From Rhodobacterales bacterium UBA3080 (GTDB lineage: Bacteria > Pseudomonadota > Alphaproteobacteria > Rhodobacterales > Rhodobacteraceae), in assembly GCA_002366645.1 (NCBI GenBank), contig DFBM01000090.1:1-51376 (forward strand): DNA of 51,376 bases, in the 5' to 3' direction. Under the pieces are notes generated by a model. That model did no database searches and was not told the origin of the DNA. It was given only the letters and a program-made list of their open reading frames with translations. A program made the position numbers and the translations under genes. Of this stretch, positions 9,644 through 21,024 are shown in pieces; the stretch's first letter is position 1, and each line of letters begins with the position of its first letter.

Positions 9644-10476
9644 GCGTTCAAAACCGCCTGTCTAAGTTCATCGTCAACTTCCGGAGTCCGTCCAAACCAG
9701 CTTTCAAACCCGGGAACCGCTTGATGCAAAAGCATTCCCAAGCCGTCAACGGTTTTAAGCCCCTGCTCCGCTGCTTTCGCCAAAAATGGTGTGATCAAAG
9801 GTGCGTAAACAATATCCGTCACCAAGGCGTCCTGATCTGCGGAGTCAAAATGCACCCGCAGCTCCGGTTGACCCTCCATTCCCAACGACGTCGTGTTTAC
9901 AATTGTCGCAGCGCCCTCCATGGCTTCGCTAACCTGATCCCATTCCACCACCTCGACTTTCGCGCCAAAATGGTTTGCCAGGTTCTCCGCACGTATTTTC
10001 GTCCGGTTAGCCAACCGCACCCTCGGAGCACCCTCATTTAGAAGCGCCCAAACAATTGCCCGGGCGGCACCGCCTGCCCCGATCACCAGCGCCGGTCTGC
10101 TTTCCGGAACCCAGTCCGGCGCATTTTGCCGCAAATTTTGAATAAATCCGTATCCATCCGTATTATCCGCACCAATGCTACCGTCTGCGTGAAAGTGTAT
10201 TGTGTTTGCCGCACCAATCAAAGCCGCGCGGTCCGTCACACTCTCTGCAAGTGTCAGAACTGTTTCCTTGTAGGGAATGGTGATGTTAACCCCTTTGAAC
10301 CCCTTTTTCGGCAATTTCCGAAGCGAGCTTTCAAACTTTTCGGGTGGGAATTCGAGCGCTACATATTCCCCGGACAATCCGTAGCGTTTCAACCAATGCC
10401 CATGCAATACCGGTGATTTACTATGCTTGATCGGATAACCAATAACACCCGCGCGCGGTATAATAACATTACTCAT
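9640..10476 (-). CDS. aroE: shikimate dehydrogenase
   Basis: HSKSP.LH, NITIPYK, NTDGYGF, GAGGAARA, DGLGMLLHQA. Confidence 0.96.
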   Translation of the reverse strand: MSNVIIPRAGVIGYPIKHSKSPVLHGHWLKRYGLSGEYVALEFPPEKFESSLRKLPKKGFKGVNITIPYKETVLTLAESVTDRAALIGAANTIHFHADGSIGADNTDGYGFIQNLRQNAPDWVPESRPALVIGAGGAARAIVWALLNEGAPRVRLANRTKIRAENLANHFGAKVEVVEWDQVSEAMEGAATIVNTTSLGMEGQPELRVHFDSADQDALVTDIVYAPLITPFLAKAAEQGLKTVDGLGMLLHQAVPGFESWFGRTPEVDDELRQAVLNA

Positions 10477-11069
10477 TCCAGACAAATTCCTCTTGTTCGC
10501 AAGAACCCCAGTATCTCCAACATAGGTAGTCCGAGAACCGAAAAATAGTCTCCCTGAACTCGTGTAAACAGCTGTGAACCCTCTGCCTCGAGTTTATAGG
10601 CGCCGACAGTGGTAAACAGATCTTCACCGTGTTTTTCCAGATAGCTTTCCAAAAATCTATCGCTAAAGGGTCGCATCATAAGTTGTGCGCGGCCGACATG
10701 CCGCCAAACCGGTGTACCATCCTCCATAATAACGGCTGCCGAAAGCAGTTCATGGGTTTGTCCGCGCAACTCTTTCAATTGTTGGCGTGCCGCATCTATC
10801 GTGTCTGGCTTGTCGTAAATTTCACCTTTATGAACAAGTACTTGGTCCGCACCAAGAACTAAAGCCAACGGATATTTCATAGCCACCCGCCTCGCCTTCA
10901 TTTCGGCAAGCGAGTCGGCTACGTCCCGCGCAGATGCTCCGTCAGACAGCAACGCTGCCTTTATCGCCCCCTCGTCAACGCGCGCCGGCATTACGTCCAG
11001 CGAAACGCCGGCGTTGCGCAACATTTCTGCGCGGATTTGCGAACCGGACGCCAAGATTAACTGTTTCAT
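10473..11069 (-). CDS. maf: Maf-family nucleotide pyrophosphatase
   Basis: LILASGS..R, GADQ, GAYKLE, GDYFSVLGLP. Confidence 0.94.
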   Translation of the reverse strand: MKQLILASGSQIRAEMLRNAGVSLDVMPARVDEGAIKAALLSDGASARDVADSLAEMKARRVAMKYPLALVLGADQVLVHKGEIYDKPDTIDAARQQLKELRGQTHELLSAAVIMEDGTPVWRHVGRAQLMMRPFSDRFLESYLEKHGEDLFTTVGAYKLEAEGSQLFTRVQGDYFSVLGLPMLEILGFLRTRGICLE

Positions 11070-11881
11070 ATTTTTCTCTTTGCAAGAATTCCCCGAACGG
11101 CCGCCGCTGTTTCTTCGATGGATCGGCGTGTGACGTCAATCACCGGAAGCCCGTGCTTCTCAAAGAACAACCTTGCGGAAGCCAGTTCGTTTTGAATGTC
11201 TTTCGCCTCAGCATAGGCGGTCAATTCTGGATTGCCCAGAATCTTCAGCCGATGCTGGCGGATTTGCGAAAGTCGGGTAGGGCTTGCGATAAGGCCGACG
11301 GCAGGAACACCTGCTTCGAGCGCTTCGATAAAGCTATCCGGAACCGGTTGATCCGGCACCAACGGCACATTCGCTGCACGGATACCTTGATACGCCAGAT
11401 ATATACAGGTCGGTGTCTTGGAGGTCCGACTAACGCCAACAAGAATAACTTCCGCCTGACGCAAGTATTCAGAACTCAAGCCGTCGTCATGCGAAATAGC
11501 GTAGTCGATCGCCGACACTCGCTCCAAATAGTCTTTGTCAACGGAATATTGCTTTCCGGGTTGACCTGTTGGTCGACTTCCATCAAGTTTTTCAAAGGCT
11601 TGCATGACTGGGTCTAGCAGCGAAATCGCTCGGTAACCTCCGGTTTTGCTCGCTATTTGTACCAAATTCGAGATTTCCGTGTTAACAGTTGTGTAAATCA
11701 CAAGGTCAACATCGCCAAAACCGGCGATCAAAGTTTTGGCGCGTTCAATACTGCGAACAAAAGGATGCAGTGTAATCGCGACCGGCATCTCAACGAACTG
11801 GCTGGCTACGGCTTCGGCAGCTGCAGTGACGGTTTCGCCCGTGGCATCTGACATCAATATGATTTTAAATGTCTTGGACAA
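11066..11881 (-). CDS. PEP synthase/PPDK regulatory kinase-pyrophosphorylase (DUF299, PDRP)
   Basis: SDATGET, HDDG, GVSRTSKTPT.IYLA, DVTRRSIEETAA; TTG start with GGAG SD. Confidence 0.93.
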   Translation of the reverse strand: MSKTFKIILMSDATGETVTAAAEAVASQFVEMPVAITLHPFVRSIERAKTLIAGFGDVDLVIYTTVNTEISNLVQIASKTGGYRAISLLDPVMQAFEKLDGSRPTGQPGKQYSVDKDYLERVSAIDYAISHDDGLSSEYLRQAEVILVGVSRTSKTPTCIYLAYQGIRAANVPLVPDQPVPDSFIEALEAGVPAVGLIASPTRLSQIRQHRLKILGNPELTAYAEAKDIQNELASARLFFEKHGLPVIDVTRRSIEETAAAVRGILAKRKI

Positions 11882-12211
11882 AGATTTACTCCGGAAAAGT
11901 CTCTGTGGACAAATTGGTGGGTAACTTTAGGAAAACTCCAAGCCATCCACACGGGTTTTTTTCAAATAGCGTTTTACACCCGTTTTACAATTTCACTCAC
12001 TTTTTTATCCCTGTTGACGCATTTTTCTAGGCTATGTGGATAAAATTATGGGATTTTTACCGGAACCTTTAAAAATAATGCAAAAAGGCGGTCATGTCGC
12101 TATGGATAACTCTGTGCAAAAGAACTTAATTGCGGTAATCCCCATAACTCACGCCATCTACTATCAACCAACACTTCTCTTAAATATATTATTATTAAGA
12201 GGGAGAATAAA
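11882..12211. other. oriC: chromosomal replication origin oriC
   Basis: AT-rich gap between divergent PDRP and hemE; perfect DnaA box TGTGGATAA 12035-12043; near-matches at 11904-11912, 11943-11951, 12101-12109, 12136-12144; trio-like CTACTATCA near 12158; AT tract 12180-12198; parAB/parS nearby. Confidence 0.85.
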
Positions 12212-13249
12212 ATGACCGGTTCGACAAAGAAATCTCTACTCCGCGTTCTCGCTGGAGAAACACTGGAAACACCTCCTGTATGGATGATGCGCCAAGCAGG
12301 GCGATATCTACCCGAATATCGCGAATTGCGCGCGACCGCGGGTGGATTCCTGGATCTTTGTTATAATCCGGAGTTTGCAACCGAAGTGACAATGCAGCCG
12401 ATCAGACGGTATGGCTTTGATGCGGCGATCCTCTTTGCCGATATTTTGCTTTTACCCCAAGCATTAGGCATGGATCTTTGGTTTGAAACCGGAGAAGGAC
12501 CACGACTTAATCCGGTTACTTGTACCGAAGATCTTAAGAAGCTGAAGAGCAAAGAAGAGATTCACGAAGTTCTTGGGCCTGTTTACGAGACTGTTAAGCG
12601 TCTTTCGGGAGAATTACCTAAAGAAACGACCTTGATCGGTTTTGCTGGAGCTCCTTGGACGGTTGCGACCTATATGGTGGCAGGTCGTGGAACACCGGAT
12701 CAGGCACCAGCGCGGGAATGGATGTATCGTGATCCGGAAGGGTTTGGACAGCTCATCGATCTCGTAACGGAATCAACAATCGAATATCTGGCTAAACAAG
12801 TTGAGGCAGGCGCCGAAGTTATCAAGCTCTTTGACAGTTGGTCTGGCGCACTTGGCGGTTCCTGCTTTGAGGAATATGCCCTTAAACCCGCCATTCGAAT
12901 TGCGACAGAACTTAAATCCCGTTTCCCGGGTCTACCCATAATTGGCTTCCCGCGTGGAGCAGGGGGCGGATACATCAAATTCGCGGATGCTGGCGTGTTT
13001 GACGGTGTCGCGATTGATACATCTGTTCCGGCAGATTGGGCGCGAGATGTCTTGCAGCCAAAAGTTGCAGTTCAGGGTAACCTTGACCCGATGCTTTTGA
13101 TCACTGGCGGCGCGTCGCTCGAACGTGAAACAAAGCGTTTGGTGGAAATTCTTGGCAAAGGACCGTATATTTTCAACCTCGGGCATGGCATTACTCCACA
13201 AGGGGATCCCGCTAATGTCGAGAAAATGTTGAGATATATCAGAGGGTAA
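12212..13249 (+). CDS. hemE: uroporphyrinogen decarboxylase
   Basis: [38 protein letters not shown]. Confidence 0.97.
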   Translation: MTGSTKKSLLRVLAGETLETPPVWMMRQAGRYLPEYRELRATAGGFLDLCYNPEFATEVTMQPIRRYGFDAAILFADILLLPQALGMDLWFETGEGPRLNPVTCTEDLKKLKSKEEIHEVLGPVYETVKRLSGELPKETTLIGFAGAPWTVATYMVAGRGTPDQAPAREWMYRDPEGFGQLIDLVTESTIEYLAKQVEAGAEVIKLFDSWSGALGGSCFEEYALKPAIRIATELKSRFPGLPIIGFPRGAGGGYIKFADAGVFDGVAIDTSVPADWARDVLQPKVAVQGNLDPMLLITGGASLERETKRLVEILGKGPYIFNLGHGITPQGDPANVEKMLRYIRG

Positions 13250-13253
13250 ACCT

Positions 13254-13706
13254 ATGTCTGACTTTTTGACTTCGGCATATCCGTGGATTTTGTCTTTGCA
13301 TATCGTCTCGGTTATTTCCTGGATGGCAGGCATGTTCTATTTGCCGAGGTTGTTCGTTTATCACGTCGAAAAAGCTCCGGTAGGAAGTGAACAATCCGAA
13401 ATATTCAAAATCATGGAGCGAAAGCTTTTATGGGCGATTATCAATCCTGCAATGACAGCCACATGGATTTTTGGGCTTTGTCTGGTTTTTACCCCCGGGA
13501 TAATCGATTGGTCGACGATCTGGCCATGGATAAAAGGGGCCATGGTCATCACAATGTCCGGTTTTCACGGTTGGCTTTCTGCACGTCGTAAAGAGTTCGA
13601 GCGAGACGAAAACACACGAAGCGGGCGAACCTACCGACTGGCAAATGAAGTTCCGACCATATTGATGCTGGTCACCGTGTTTATGGTCATTCCAAAACCG
13701 TTTTAA
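13254..13706 (+). CDS. hemJ: protoporphyrinogen oxidase HemJ
   Basis: LHIVSVISWMAGMFYLPRLFVYH, MERKL...I.NPAM, NEVPT, KPF terminus. Confidence 0.95.
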   Translation: MSDFLTSAYPWILSLHIVSVISWMAGMFYLPRLFVYHVEKAPVGSEQSEIFKIMERKLLWAIINPAMTATWIFGLCLVFTPGIIDWSTIWPWIKGAMVITMSGFHGWLSARRKEFERDENTRSGRTYRLANEVPTILMLVTVFMVIPKPF

Positions 13707-13713
13707 TCACTAT

Positions 13714-13743
13714 TTGACATTTGGCTGGAAATATCGCTATTTG
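13714..13743 (+). promoter_or_regulatory. putative sigma70 promoter for rho
   Basis: Perfect TTGACA at 13714-13719; weak -10 (TATTTG) after an 18-bp spacer; ~100-nt leader follows. Confidence 0.45.
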
Positions 13744-13840
13744 GCGACAAGCACGGGCGGTTCTCGCCCAAGATGTGTGTTCCCCGATTGAATTGCATAA
13801 CAAGGCGATGGTCCTGTATGCGTAGAGCTATGGTAATTTT

Positions 13841-15112
13841 ATGACTATCGAAAAACTGTCACTGGCCGAACTTAAGGCCAAAACACCCGCCGATCTTTTG
13901 AAAATGGCGGAAGAACTGGAAATCGAAAACGCGTCGACTATGCGGAAAGGCGACATGATGTTCGCCATTCTCAAAGAGATGGCGGATGAAGGCGTTGAGA
14001 TTTCCGGCGATGGCGTGGTGGAAGTCCTGAAAGACGGTTTTGGCTTTTTGCGTTCACCTGCGGCGAACTATTTGGCTGGCCCGGAAGATATTTATGTGAG
14101 CCCCGAACAAATCCGCAAATTTTCTCTTCGGACTGGCGACACCGTTGACGGTGTAATCCGCGCGCCGGAAGAGGGGGAGAAGTACTTTGGTCTGGTCGAT
14201 GTTTCGCTTATTAATTTCGAAGACCCGGATAAAACCAAGCACAAGATCAACTTTGATAACCTGACTCCGCTCTACCCGGAAGAGCGGTTGAAGATGGAAA
14301 TCGAAGATCCGAGCATTAAGGATAAAACGGCACGCATTATCGATTTGGTTGCACCGATTGGTAAGGGCCAGCGCTCTTTGATTGTTGCGCCACCTAGAAC
14401 CGGTAAGACTATGATTTTGCAGAATATTGCACACTCGATCGAGAAAAATCATCCAGAGTGTTTCTTGATTGTGCTTCTGGTTGACGAGCGACCGGAAGAA
14501 GTTACCGATATGCAGCGTAGCGTGAAAGGCGAGGTTGTGGCCTCAACCTTTGATGAACCAGCAGCACGTCACGTGGCGGTAGCGGAAATGGTAATCGAGA
14601 AAGCCAAACGTCTGGTCGAGCACAAACGCGATGTTGTTATTTTGCTCGACTCCATCACCCGTCTCGGTCGCGCGTTCAATACCGTGGTGCCGTCATCGGG
14701 CAAGGTTTTAACTGGTGGTGTTGATGCCAACGCTTTACAACGGCCGAAACGGTTTTTCGGTGCGGCACGTAATATCGAGGAGGGTGGTTCGCTTACGATT
14801 ATCGCTACCGCTTTGATCGATACCGGTAGCCGTATGGACGAAGTTATCTTTGAGGAATTCAAAGGAACCGGTAACTCCGAAGTTGTCCTTGATCGCAAGA
14901 TTGCCGACAAACGCGTATTCCCGGCGATCGATATTCTCAAATCCGGCACGCGGAAAGAGGAGCTGTTGGTTGAACGCAGTGAGCTGACGAAAACCTTCCT
15001 GCTTCGCCGGATTCTGAACCCGATGGGCACTACCGATGCAGCGGAATTCCTGTTGGGCAAGATGAAACAAACAAAGACTAACTCCGAGTTCTTTGATTCT
15101 ATGAACAGCTAG
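13841..15112 (+). CDS. rho: transcription termination factor Rho
   Basis: [51 protein letters not shown]. Confidence 0.98.
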   Translation: MTIEKLSLAELKAKTPADLLKMAEELEIENASTMRKGDMMFAILKEMADEGVEISGDGVVEVLKDGFGFLRSPAANYLAGPEDIYVSPEQIRKFSLRTGDTVDGVIRAPEEGEKYFGLVDVSLINFEDPDKTKHKINFDNLTPLYPEERLKMEIEDPSIKDKTARIIDLVAPIGKGQRSLIVAPPRTGKTMILQNIAHSIEKNHPECFLIVLLVDERPEEVTDMQRSVKGEVVASTFDEPAARHVAVAEMVIEKAKRLVEHKRDVVILLDSITRLGRAFNTVVPSSGKVLTGGVDANALQRPKRFFGAARNIEEGGSLTIIATALIDTGSRMDEVIFEEFKGTGNSEVVLDRKIADKRVFPAIDILKSGTRKEELLVERSELTKTFLLRRILNPMGTTDAAEFLLGKMKQTKTNSEFFDSMNS

Positions 15113-15148
15113 TAGAGTATTGCCCAACAATAACAATAGGTTAAAGCT

Positions 15149-16447
15149 ATGCATGACACGATTTTTGCATTGGCAACGGCGCGCGGGCGCGCGGGTGTTG
15201 CAGTCGTGCGAATCTCCGGTCCTATGGCCTGGGAAACTGCGTCGTCTTTACTGGATGATCTTCCCAATCCTAAACGTCCGGCGGTTCGGGTAATTCGATC
15301 GCAGGATGGTGAAGCGATAGATGAGGCCTTGGTCCTCGTTTTCGATCACGGCGCCAGTTTTACTGGCGAGCGAGTCGTCGAACTTCAACTGCATGGTTCG
15401 TCTGCTGTTATTGCGGCAGTTCTCAAGGAGCTTTCGGCTCTACCGAGTGTTCGCATGGCTGAAGCAGGCGAGTTTACGCGGCAGGCTTTGGAAAACGGGC
15501 GGTTGGATTTGGCGCAAGTCGAAGGGCTGGCCGATTTGATCGACGCCGAAACAGAAGCGCAGAGGCGTCAGGCATTAAAGGTTATGCGTGGGTCCTTGAG
15601 CGAAAAAGCGATGAAATGGCGCGAAGAGTTGATGCGCGCCGTAGCTTTGCTCGAAGTAACAATAGATTTCGCGGACGAAGAGGTTCCTGTTGACGTTACA
15701 CCGGAAGTGTTGAGTCTGATATCTTCGGCACGCGCGGAAATGCAGAAAGAAGCAGAGGGCGGACGGATATCCGAACAAATCCGTGATGGTTTCGAGGTTG
15801 CGATTGTTGGCCGACCAAACGTTGGAAAATCTACACTTTTGAATGCGTTATCAAAAAGAGAAGCAGCGATTACGTCGTCGGTAGCGGGAACCACACGAGA
15901 TGTTATCGAGGTTCGTATGGACTTGGATGGTTTGCCAATTACGCTACTTGATACGGCTGGGCTAAGAGAAACCTCTGACGAAATTGAAATTCTTGGGGTA
16001 GAGCGTGGCATGGCTAGAGCGACGGCTGCGGACTTGAGGGTGTTCTTGTTGGATTCCGAAGAGGTGGTTGAAGGTCTGGGCGTCGAAGTGCAGACAGGCG
16101 ACATCGTTGCTTATGGAAAAGCTGATCTGCAGACAGCAAGCGGTTTGGCGGTTTCTGGTTTGACCGGAGCAGGTGTTGATGAGCTGCTATCAATTCTGTC
16201 GTCGGAACTGGAAAATAGAGCATCAGGTGCTAGTTCTGCGGTTCGTGAAAGGCATCGTGTAGCGCTGTTGAGGGGTGTTGACGCGTTGAATAGAGCTGAG
16301 GAGCACTTGAATTCCGGCTCCGAGTGGTCTGAGTTTTCGGCCGAAGAAATGCGGCAAGCACTTCGCGCCCTTGATTCTTTGATAGGCAGAGTAGATGTAG
16401 AGAGCATACTTGGCGTAATTTTCTCAAGTTTCTGTATCGGAAAGTAG
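15149..16447 (+). CDS. mnmE: tRNA modification GTPase MnmE (TrmE)
   Basis: SFTGE..VE...[26 protein letters not shown] terminus. Confidence 0.97.
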   Translation: MHDTIFALATARGRAGVAVVRISGPMAWETASSLLDDLPNPKRPAVRVIRSQDGEAIDEALVLVFDHGASFTGERVVELQLHGSSAVIAAVLKELSALPSVRMAEAGEFTRQALENGRLDLAQVEGLADLIDAETEAQRRQALKVMRGSLSEKAMKWREELMRAVALLEVTIDFADEEVPVDVTPEVLSLISSARAEMQKEAEGGRISEQIRDGFEVAIVGRPNVGKSTLLNALSKREAAITSSVAGTTRDVIEVRMDLDGLPITLLDTAGLRETSDEIEILGVERGMARATAADLRVFLLDSEEVVEGLGVEVQTGDIVAYGKADLQTASGLAVSGLTGAGVDELLSILSSELENRASGASSAVRERHRVALLRGVDALNRAEEHLNSGSEWSEFSAEEMRQALRALDSLIGRVDVESILGVIFSSFCIGK

Positions 16448-16450
16448 GAT

Positions 16451-16466
16451 TGTTTCACGTGAAACA
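16451..16466. promoter_or_regulatory. parS: parS site (perfect)
   Basis: TGTTTCACGTGAAACA palindrome between mnmE and mnmG. Confidence 0.95.
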
Positions 16467-16467
16467 T

Positions 16468-18324
16468 ATGTTTGATGTAATCGTTATTGGTGGTGGACAC
16501 GCAGGTGCTGAGGCAGCACAGGCGTCGCATCGTATGGGCGCAAACACGGCTTTGATTACGCTATCTTTCGACAAAATTGGGGAAATGTCCTGTAATCCAG
16601 CCATTGGCGGGTTGGGAAAAGGGCACCTCGTTCGTGAAATCGACGCACTTGATGGTGTTATGGGCCGTGCTGCTGACGCTACGGGAATCCAGTTTCGGTT
16701 GTTAAATAGAAGAAAAGGCCCAGCGGTGCAGGGCCCGAGAGCGCAGACTGATCGAAAGCTCTATAAAGCAGCGATGCAGGCAGAGTTCCGCAACAAGGAA
16801 AATTTGACGGTCATTGATTCCGAGGTTTCCGATTTCATTCTGGCTAGTGGACGTGTCGCAGGAGTGATTCTCGGCGATGGAGTTAAGATTTTCGCGCATT
16901 CGGTGGTTTTAACGGCGGGTACTTTCCTGCGTGGAGTAATACACATAGGCGGCGAGACCAGTGAGGGCGGCCGGATGGGTGACAGGCCTTCCGTTCCGCT
17001 CGCGCAAAGTATCGAAAACTTGGACCTGCCGTTGGGTCGTCTAAAGACTGGGACGCCTCCTCGTCTGGATGGAAACACTATCGACTGGTCCGGTCTTGAA
17101 ATGCAGGCCGGTGATGCCGAACCGGCGATGTTTTCTACCTTTTCGAGTCGCCCTTCAGTGAAGCAGGTTTCTTGCGGAATCACCCATACAAATTCTCTAA
17201 CTCATGAAATTATTGAAAAAAACCTGCAGAAATCGGCAATGTATGGCGGTAACATCGAGGGCGTTGGACCGCGTTACTGCCCTTCGATCGAGGACAAAAT
17301 AGTACGGTTTGCAGACAAGTCTTCCCATCAGGTTTTTCTTGAACCGGAAGGGTTGGATGTTTCCACGATATACCCAAACGGCATATCGACGTCATTGCCG
17401 CTTGATGTGCAGGAGAAATATGTCCGATCGATAGTTGGCCTGGAGAATGTCAACATTTTGCAACCAGGGTATGCAATCGAATATGACTACATTGATCCTC
17501 GTGCACTTCGGTCTACCATGGAAGTGAAGGCGGTATCCGGTCTGTATTTCGCCGGGCAGATCAATGGTACTACCGGCTATGAAGAGGCTGCAGCGCAAGG
17601 TCTGGTCGCTGGTTTGAATGCAGCGCTAGCCGCGAAAGGGCGTGAACCGGTGGTTTTCGATAGAGCTGATGGATATTTAGGCGTCATGATTGATGACCTC
17701 GTAACGCGCGGGGTTTCTGAGCCTTACCGTATGTTCACATCGCGAGCCGAATACCGACTGTCGCTTCGTGCTGACAATGCAGATCAGAGGCTTACGCCGA
17801 TTGGTATCGACCTAGGATGTGTATCTCAGAAGCGTAAAAAACTATTTGGAGAACGAATTGCCGCGCTGGATAAAGCTAAATCCGCGTGTGAAGTCCACCA
17901 ATTGCTTCCGACGGAGGCAGAGGCCTTCGGAATACGTATAAACAAGGACGGAGTGCGTCGTTCGGGGTTGGATCTTTTGTCTTATCCAGATGTTACAATC
18001 GAAAAGTTGGCGGAAATTTGGCCTGATCTTGATGCAATACCGGCTAATATTCGTGCGCAGGTGGAAAATGATGCCAGGTACCTGCCTTATATTGAGCGAC
18101 AGAAGAATGACGTCGAAGCGATGAGGCGTGATGAAGCTCTGCAAATTCCGGCCGGATTCAATTATGACGTCATTATTGGGCTGTCGAATGAGCTGCGCGG
18201 AAAATTGACAACAATTCAGCCATCAACCTTAGGGCAGGCGGGAAGAATTGACGGCATGACGCCTGCTGGATTGACCTTGCTTCTTGCGAATATTCGTAAG
18301 CCCAACAAGAAAAAACGCGCATGA
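16468..18324 (+). CDS. mnmG: tRNA uridine-34 modification enzyme MnmG (GidA)
   Basis: [62 protein letters not shown]; start may instead be GTG 16459. Confidence 0.97.
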   Translation: MFDVIVIGGGHAGAEAAQASHRMGANTALITLSFDKIGEMSCNPAIGGLGKGHLVREIDALDGVMGRAADATGIQFRLLNRRKGPAVQGPRAQTDRKLYKAAMQAEFRNKENLTVIDSEVSDFILASGRVAGVILGDGVKIFAHSVVLTAGTFLRGVIHIGGETSEGGRMGDRPSVPLAQSIENLDLPLGRLKTGTPPRLDGNTIDWSGLEMQAGDAEPAMFSTFSSRPSVKQVSCGITHTNSLTHEIIEKNLQKSAMYGGNIEGVGPRYCPSIEDKIVRFADKSSHQVFLEPEGLDVSTIYPNGISTSLPLDVQEKYVRSIVGLENVNILQPGYAIEYDYIDPRALRSTMEVKAVSGLYFAGQINGTTGYEEAAAQGLVAGLNAALAAKGREPVVFDRADGYLGVMIDDLVTRGVSEPYRMFTSRAEYRLSLRADNADQRLTPIGIDLGCVSQKRKKLFGERIAALDKAKSACEVHQLLPTEAEAFGIRINKDGVRRSGLDLLSYPDVTIEKLAEIWPDLDAIPANIRAQVENDARYLPYIERQKNDVEAMRRDEALQIPAGFNYDVIIGLSNELRGKLTTIQPSTLGQAGRIDGMTPAGLTLLLANIRKPNKKKRA

Positions 18325-18956
18325 CGGCCATTTCTATCACAGAAGAAACCTTCGCTTCTAACTTCGGTGTTTCACGTGAAACAATTGACCGATTGAAGGT
18401 GTATGTGGAACTGCTCAAAAAGTGGAACCCTAAAATCAACCTTGTAGCCAAATCGACGATGGATAAAGTTTGGCATCGCCATATTGCAGATTCAGCTCAG
18501 TTGTGGGCACTTGCACCAAGCGGAGCGAAAAGCTGGGTGGATATTGGCTCGGGTGCGGGTTTTCCGGGTCTGGTTATTGCCGCGATCGCTGCAGAGAAAG
18601 CACCTGAATTGACGGTAACGCTTGTTGAAAGCGATAGGCGTAAGGCGATATTCCTACAGACAGTAACTCGCGCAATGAATGTTTCAGTTCAGGTGGTTAC
18701 AAAACGTATTGAAAGCCTCGAGCCGCAAAATGCCGACATATTGTCGGCTCGCGCACTGGCGTCACTATCTCAACTGCTTGAATATGCTGAGAAACATAGG
18801 AAACCTAGTGGAATATGTTTATTTCCTAAAGGCGCGCGTGCGGAATTGGAATTGACCGAGGCGGCAACATGTTGGCATATATCACATACAACCAACGCCA
18901 GCGTGACCGATCCAGATGCGGTCATTTTATCCATCGGAGAGTTCCAACGTGCCTAA
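18321..18956 (+). CDS. rsmG: 16S rRNA m7G527 methyltransferase RsmG (GidB)
   Basis: [31 protein letters not shown]. Confidence 0.96.
   Translation: MTAISITEETFASNFGVSRETIDRLKVYVELLKKWNPKINLVAKSTMDKVWHRHIADSAQLWALAPSGAKSWVDIGSGAGFPGLVIAAIAAEKAPELTVTLVESDRRKAIFLQTVTRAMNVSVQVVTKRIESLEPQNADILSARALASLSQLLEYAEKHRKPSGICLFPKGARAELELTEAATCWHISHTTNASVTDPDAVILSIGEFQRA
18368..18383. promoter_or_regulatory. parS: parS site (perfect) inside rsmG
   Basis: TGTTTCACGTGAAACA, read as VSRET in RsmG. Confidence 0.93.
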
Positions 18957-19767
18957 AGCTACTGAGACCACGGCGAAACCAGCTACGATAATCGCAGTGG
19001 CGAACCAGAAGGGCGGCGTGGGGAAGACGACGACTGCAATTAATCTGGGAACAGCTTTGGCCGCCGTCGGGCGCAAGGTTTTGTTGATTGACCTTGATTC
19101 TCAGGGTAATGCGTCAACTGGCCTCGGTATTTCCCCGGATATGCGAGAGGTCACGACTTACGATCTTTTGTTGGGTGATACGGATCTGTCGTCCGTAGCG
19201 CAGGAAACTATGATCCCGAATTTTTACATCGCTCCGTCAACTAATGATTTAAGTTCAGCGGATGTGGACATGGTTAACGATCCGAATCGTGTTTTACGGA
19301 TGCGGAAGGCGCTTACATCTGAAAATGCCGTGGCCTGCAGTTTTGACTATATACTGATCGATTGCCCACCGTCGCTGAACTTGCTGACCGTTAACGCGAT
19401 GGTCGCCGCCACCTCGGTACTGGTACCACTACAATGCGAGTTTTTCGCACTCGAGGGGTTGTCACAGCTCATGTTGACGATCCGCGAGGTAAAGCAGTCC
19501 TTGAACCCGCAGCTGAAGATCCAGGGGATTGTTTTGACGATGTATGACCGGCGGAATAACCTTTCTAGTCAGGTCGAAGAAGATGTGCGTGAAAACCTCG
19601 GCGACTTGGTGTATGAAACTATTATCCCGCGTAACATCCGTTTAAGCGAGGCGCCGTCGCATTCGGTTCCTGCACTGATTTACGATCATAAGAGTTCCGG
19701 TAGTTTGGCATATCAAAAGCTGGCGGCGGAATTATTAGGCCGCATGCAAGATAACGTAACAGGTTGA
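18949..19767 (+). CDS. parA: chromosome partitioning ATPase ParA
   Basis: NQKGGVGKTTT, DLDSQGNA, IDCPPSL, QCEFFALEG, PRNIRLSEAPSH; GTG start with GGAG SD. Confidence 0.96.
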   Translation: MPKATETTAKPATIIAVANQKGGVGKTTTAINLGTALAAVGRKVLLIDLDSQGNASTGLGISPDMREVTTYDLLLGDTDLSSVAQETMIPNFYIAPSTNDLSSADVDMVNDPNRVLRMRKALTSENAVACSFDYILIDCPPSLNLLTVNAMVAATSVLVPLQCEFFALEGLSQLMLTIREVKQSLNPQLKIQGIVLTMYDRRNNLSSQVEEDVRENLGDLVYETIIPRNIRLSEAPSHSVPALIYDHKSSGSLAYQKLAAELLGRMQDNVTG

Positions 19768-19779
19768 AAATAAAGAACA

Positions 19780-20670
19780 ATGGCAAAGAAAACTGAACGT
19801 AAAAGTCTTGGTCGCGGCCTTTCCGCGCTTCTGGCAGATGTTAATCTCGATGATGACGGAATTAGCAACGAAACCGGAGGCAAGCCCTCCACCAACGTTG
19901 AAGTTCCTATTGAAAAAATCCGCGCTAATCCGGATCAACCCCGCCGCACATTTGTCGAGAAAGACCTTGAAGACCTTACGGCCTCAATAGCGGAAAAAGG
20001 GGTCATTCAGCCTTTGATCGTTCGACCAGATCCGGGCAATCCGGGTGACTACCAGATTGTCGCTGGCGAACGTCGTTGGCGTGCGGCACAGCGCGCCAAG
20101 CTGCATGAAATCCCTGTTCTAGTTCGCGACCTGAGCGATACAGAGGTTCTAGAGCTTGCCATCATCGAAAACATCCAGCGCGCAGATCTGAACGCTGTGG
20201 AGGAGGCAATGGGCTATCGGCAGCTCATGGACAGGTTTGGCCACACGCAGGAAAAGCTGGCCGAAGCATTGGGCAAGAGCCGTAGCCATATCGCCAATCT
20301 TCTCCGTTTGTTGAATTTGCCAGCCGAAGTGCTGGAATACCTGCGTGACGGTCGTATATCCGCCGGCCACGCGCGTGCGTTGGTGCCAGCAGACGATCCG
20401 GTGTCGCTAGCCCGCGAGATTATTTCGAGAGAACTTTCGGTTCGCCAGACAGAAGCCTTGGCAAAGTCGAAAAAGCCGGCCCCAGCCCCAAAGCGTCGCT
20501 TGAAGCCAACGAAAGATGCCGACACACGCGCAATCGAGTCGGACTTGACGGCTCATCTGGGTGTCAAAGTCAGCATTGATCACAAACCGGGCGGCGAAAG
20601 TGGCGAGATACGTTTGAAGTATTCGGATTTAGAGCAGCTTGACGGGATATGTCGTTTGTTGTCCAGCTAG
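19780..20670 (+). CDS. parB: chromosome partitioning protein ParB
   Basis: LGRGLSALL, QPRR.F, AGERRWRAA, IIENIQRADL, SRSHIANLLRL. Confidence 0.97.
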   Translation: MAKKTERKSLGRGLSALLADVNLDDDGISNETGGKPSTNVEVPIEKIRANPDQPRRTFVEKDLEDLTASIAEKGVIQPLIVRPDPGNPGDYQIVAGERRWRAAQRAKLHEIPVLVRDLSDTEVLELAIIENIQRADLNAVEEAMGYRQLMDRFGHTQEKLAEALGKSRSHIANLLRLLNLPAEVLEYLRDGRISAGHARALVPADDPVSLAREIISRELSVRQTEALAKSKKPAPAPKRRLKPTKDADTRAIESDLTAHLGVKVSIDHKPGGESGEIRLKYSDLEQLDGICRLLSS

Positions 20671-21024
20671 TTATTGATCGGGTCTAGTCCAGATGAAAAA
20701 AGACACCACACTTAACACAACTATCTGAATAATAACGATATAAGTCGGTGCCCCAAACAAGAATGCTAGACCTACGACCGCCAGCATGGAGCCGGCGGAT
20801 AGAAGCTTTGATCGCCTGCTGATTGCCCCGCGATCCTGCCAGTCCAAGATTGCAGGGCCAAAATTCGGATGCGAGATAAGCCAATTGTGGGCGCGTTTGG
20901 ACGATTTTCCAAATCCAAAGGCGGCGAGCAAGAAAAATGGTACGGTTGGTAAAAGTGGTAGAAATATTCCGACCACGCCCAAAACTAGGCTAATTGTACC
21001 AAGGGCAAACCAAAAGTATCGCAT
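20671..21024 (-). CDS. YbaN/DUF454 membrane protein
   Basis: GIFLPLLPTVPF.LLA...F.KSS...H.WL..HP.FGP...W...GAI....K. Confidence 0.9.
   Translation of the reverse strand: MRYFWFALGTISLVLGVVGIFLPLLPTVPFFLLAAFGFGKSSKRAHNWLISHPNFGPAILDWQDRGAISRRSKLLSAGSMLAVVGLAFLFGAPTYIVIIQIVVLSVVSFFIWTRPDQ

Noticed and set aside
11882-12211. CtrA full sites in oriC
   Set aside because: TTAA half-sites occur, but I found none with the TTAA-N7-TTAA spacing.
16450-16467. MFHVKH N-terminal extension of MnmG
   Set aside because: It is the translation of the parS palindrome; the start is more likely 16459 or 16468.
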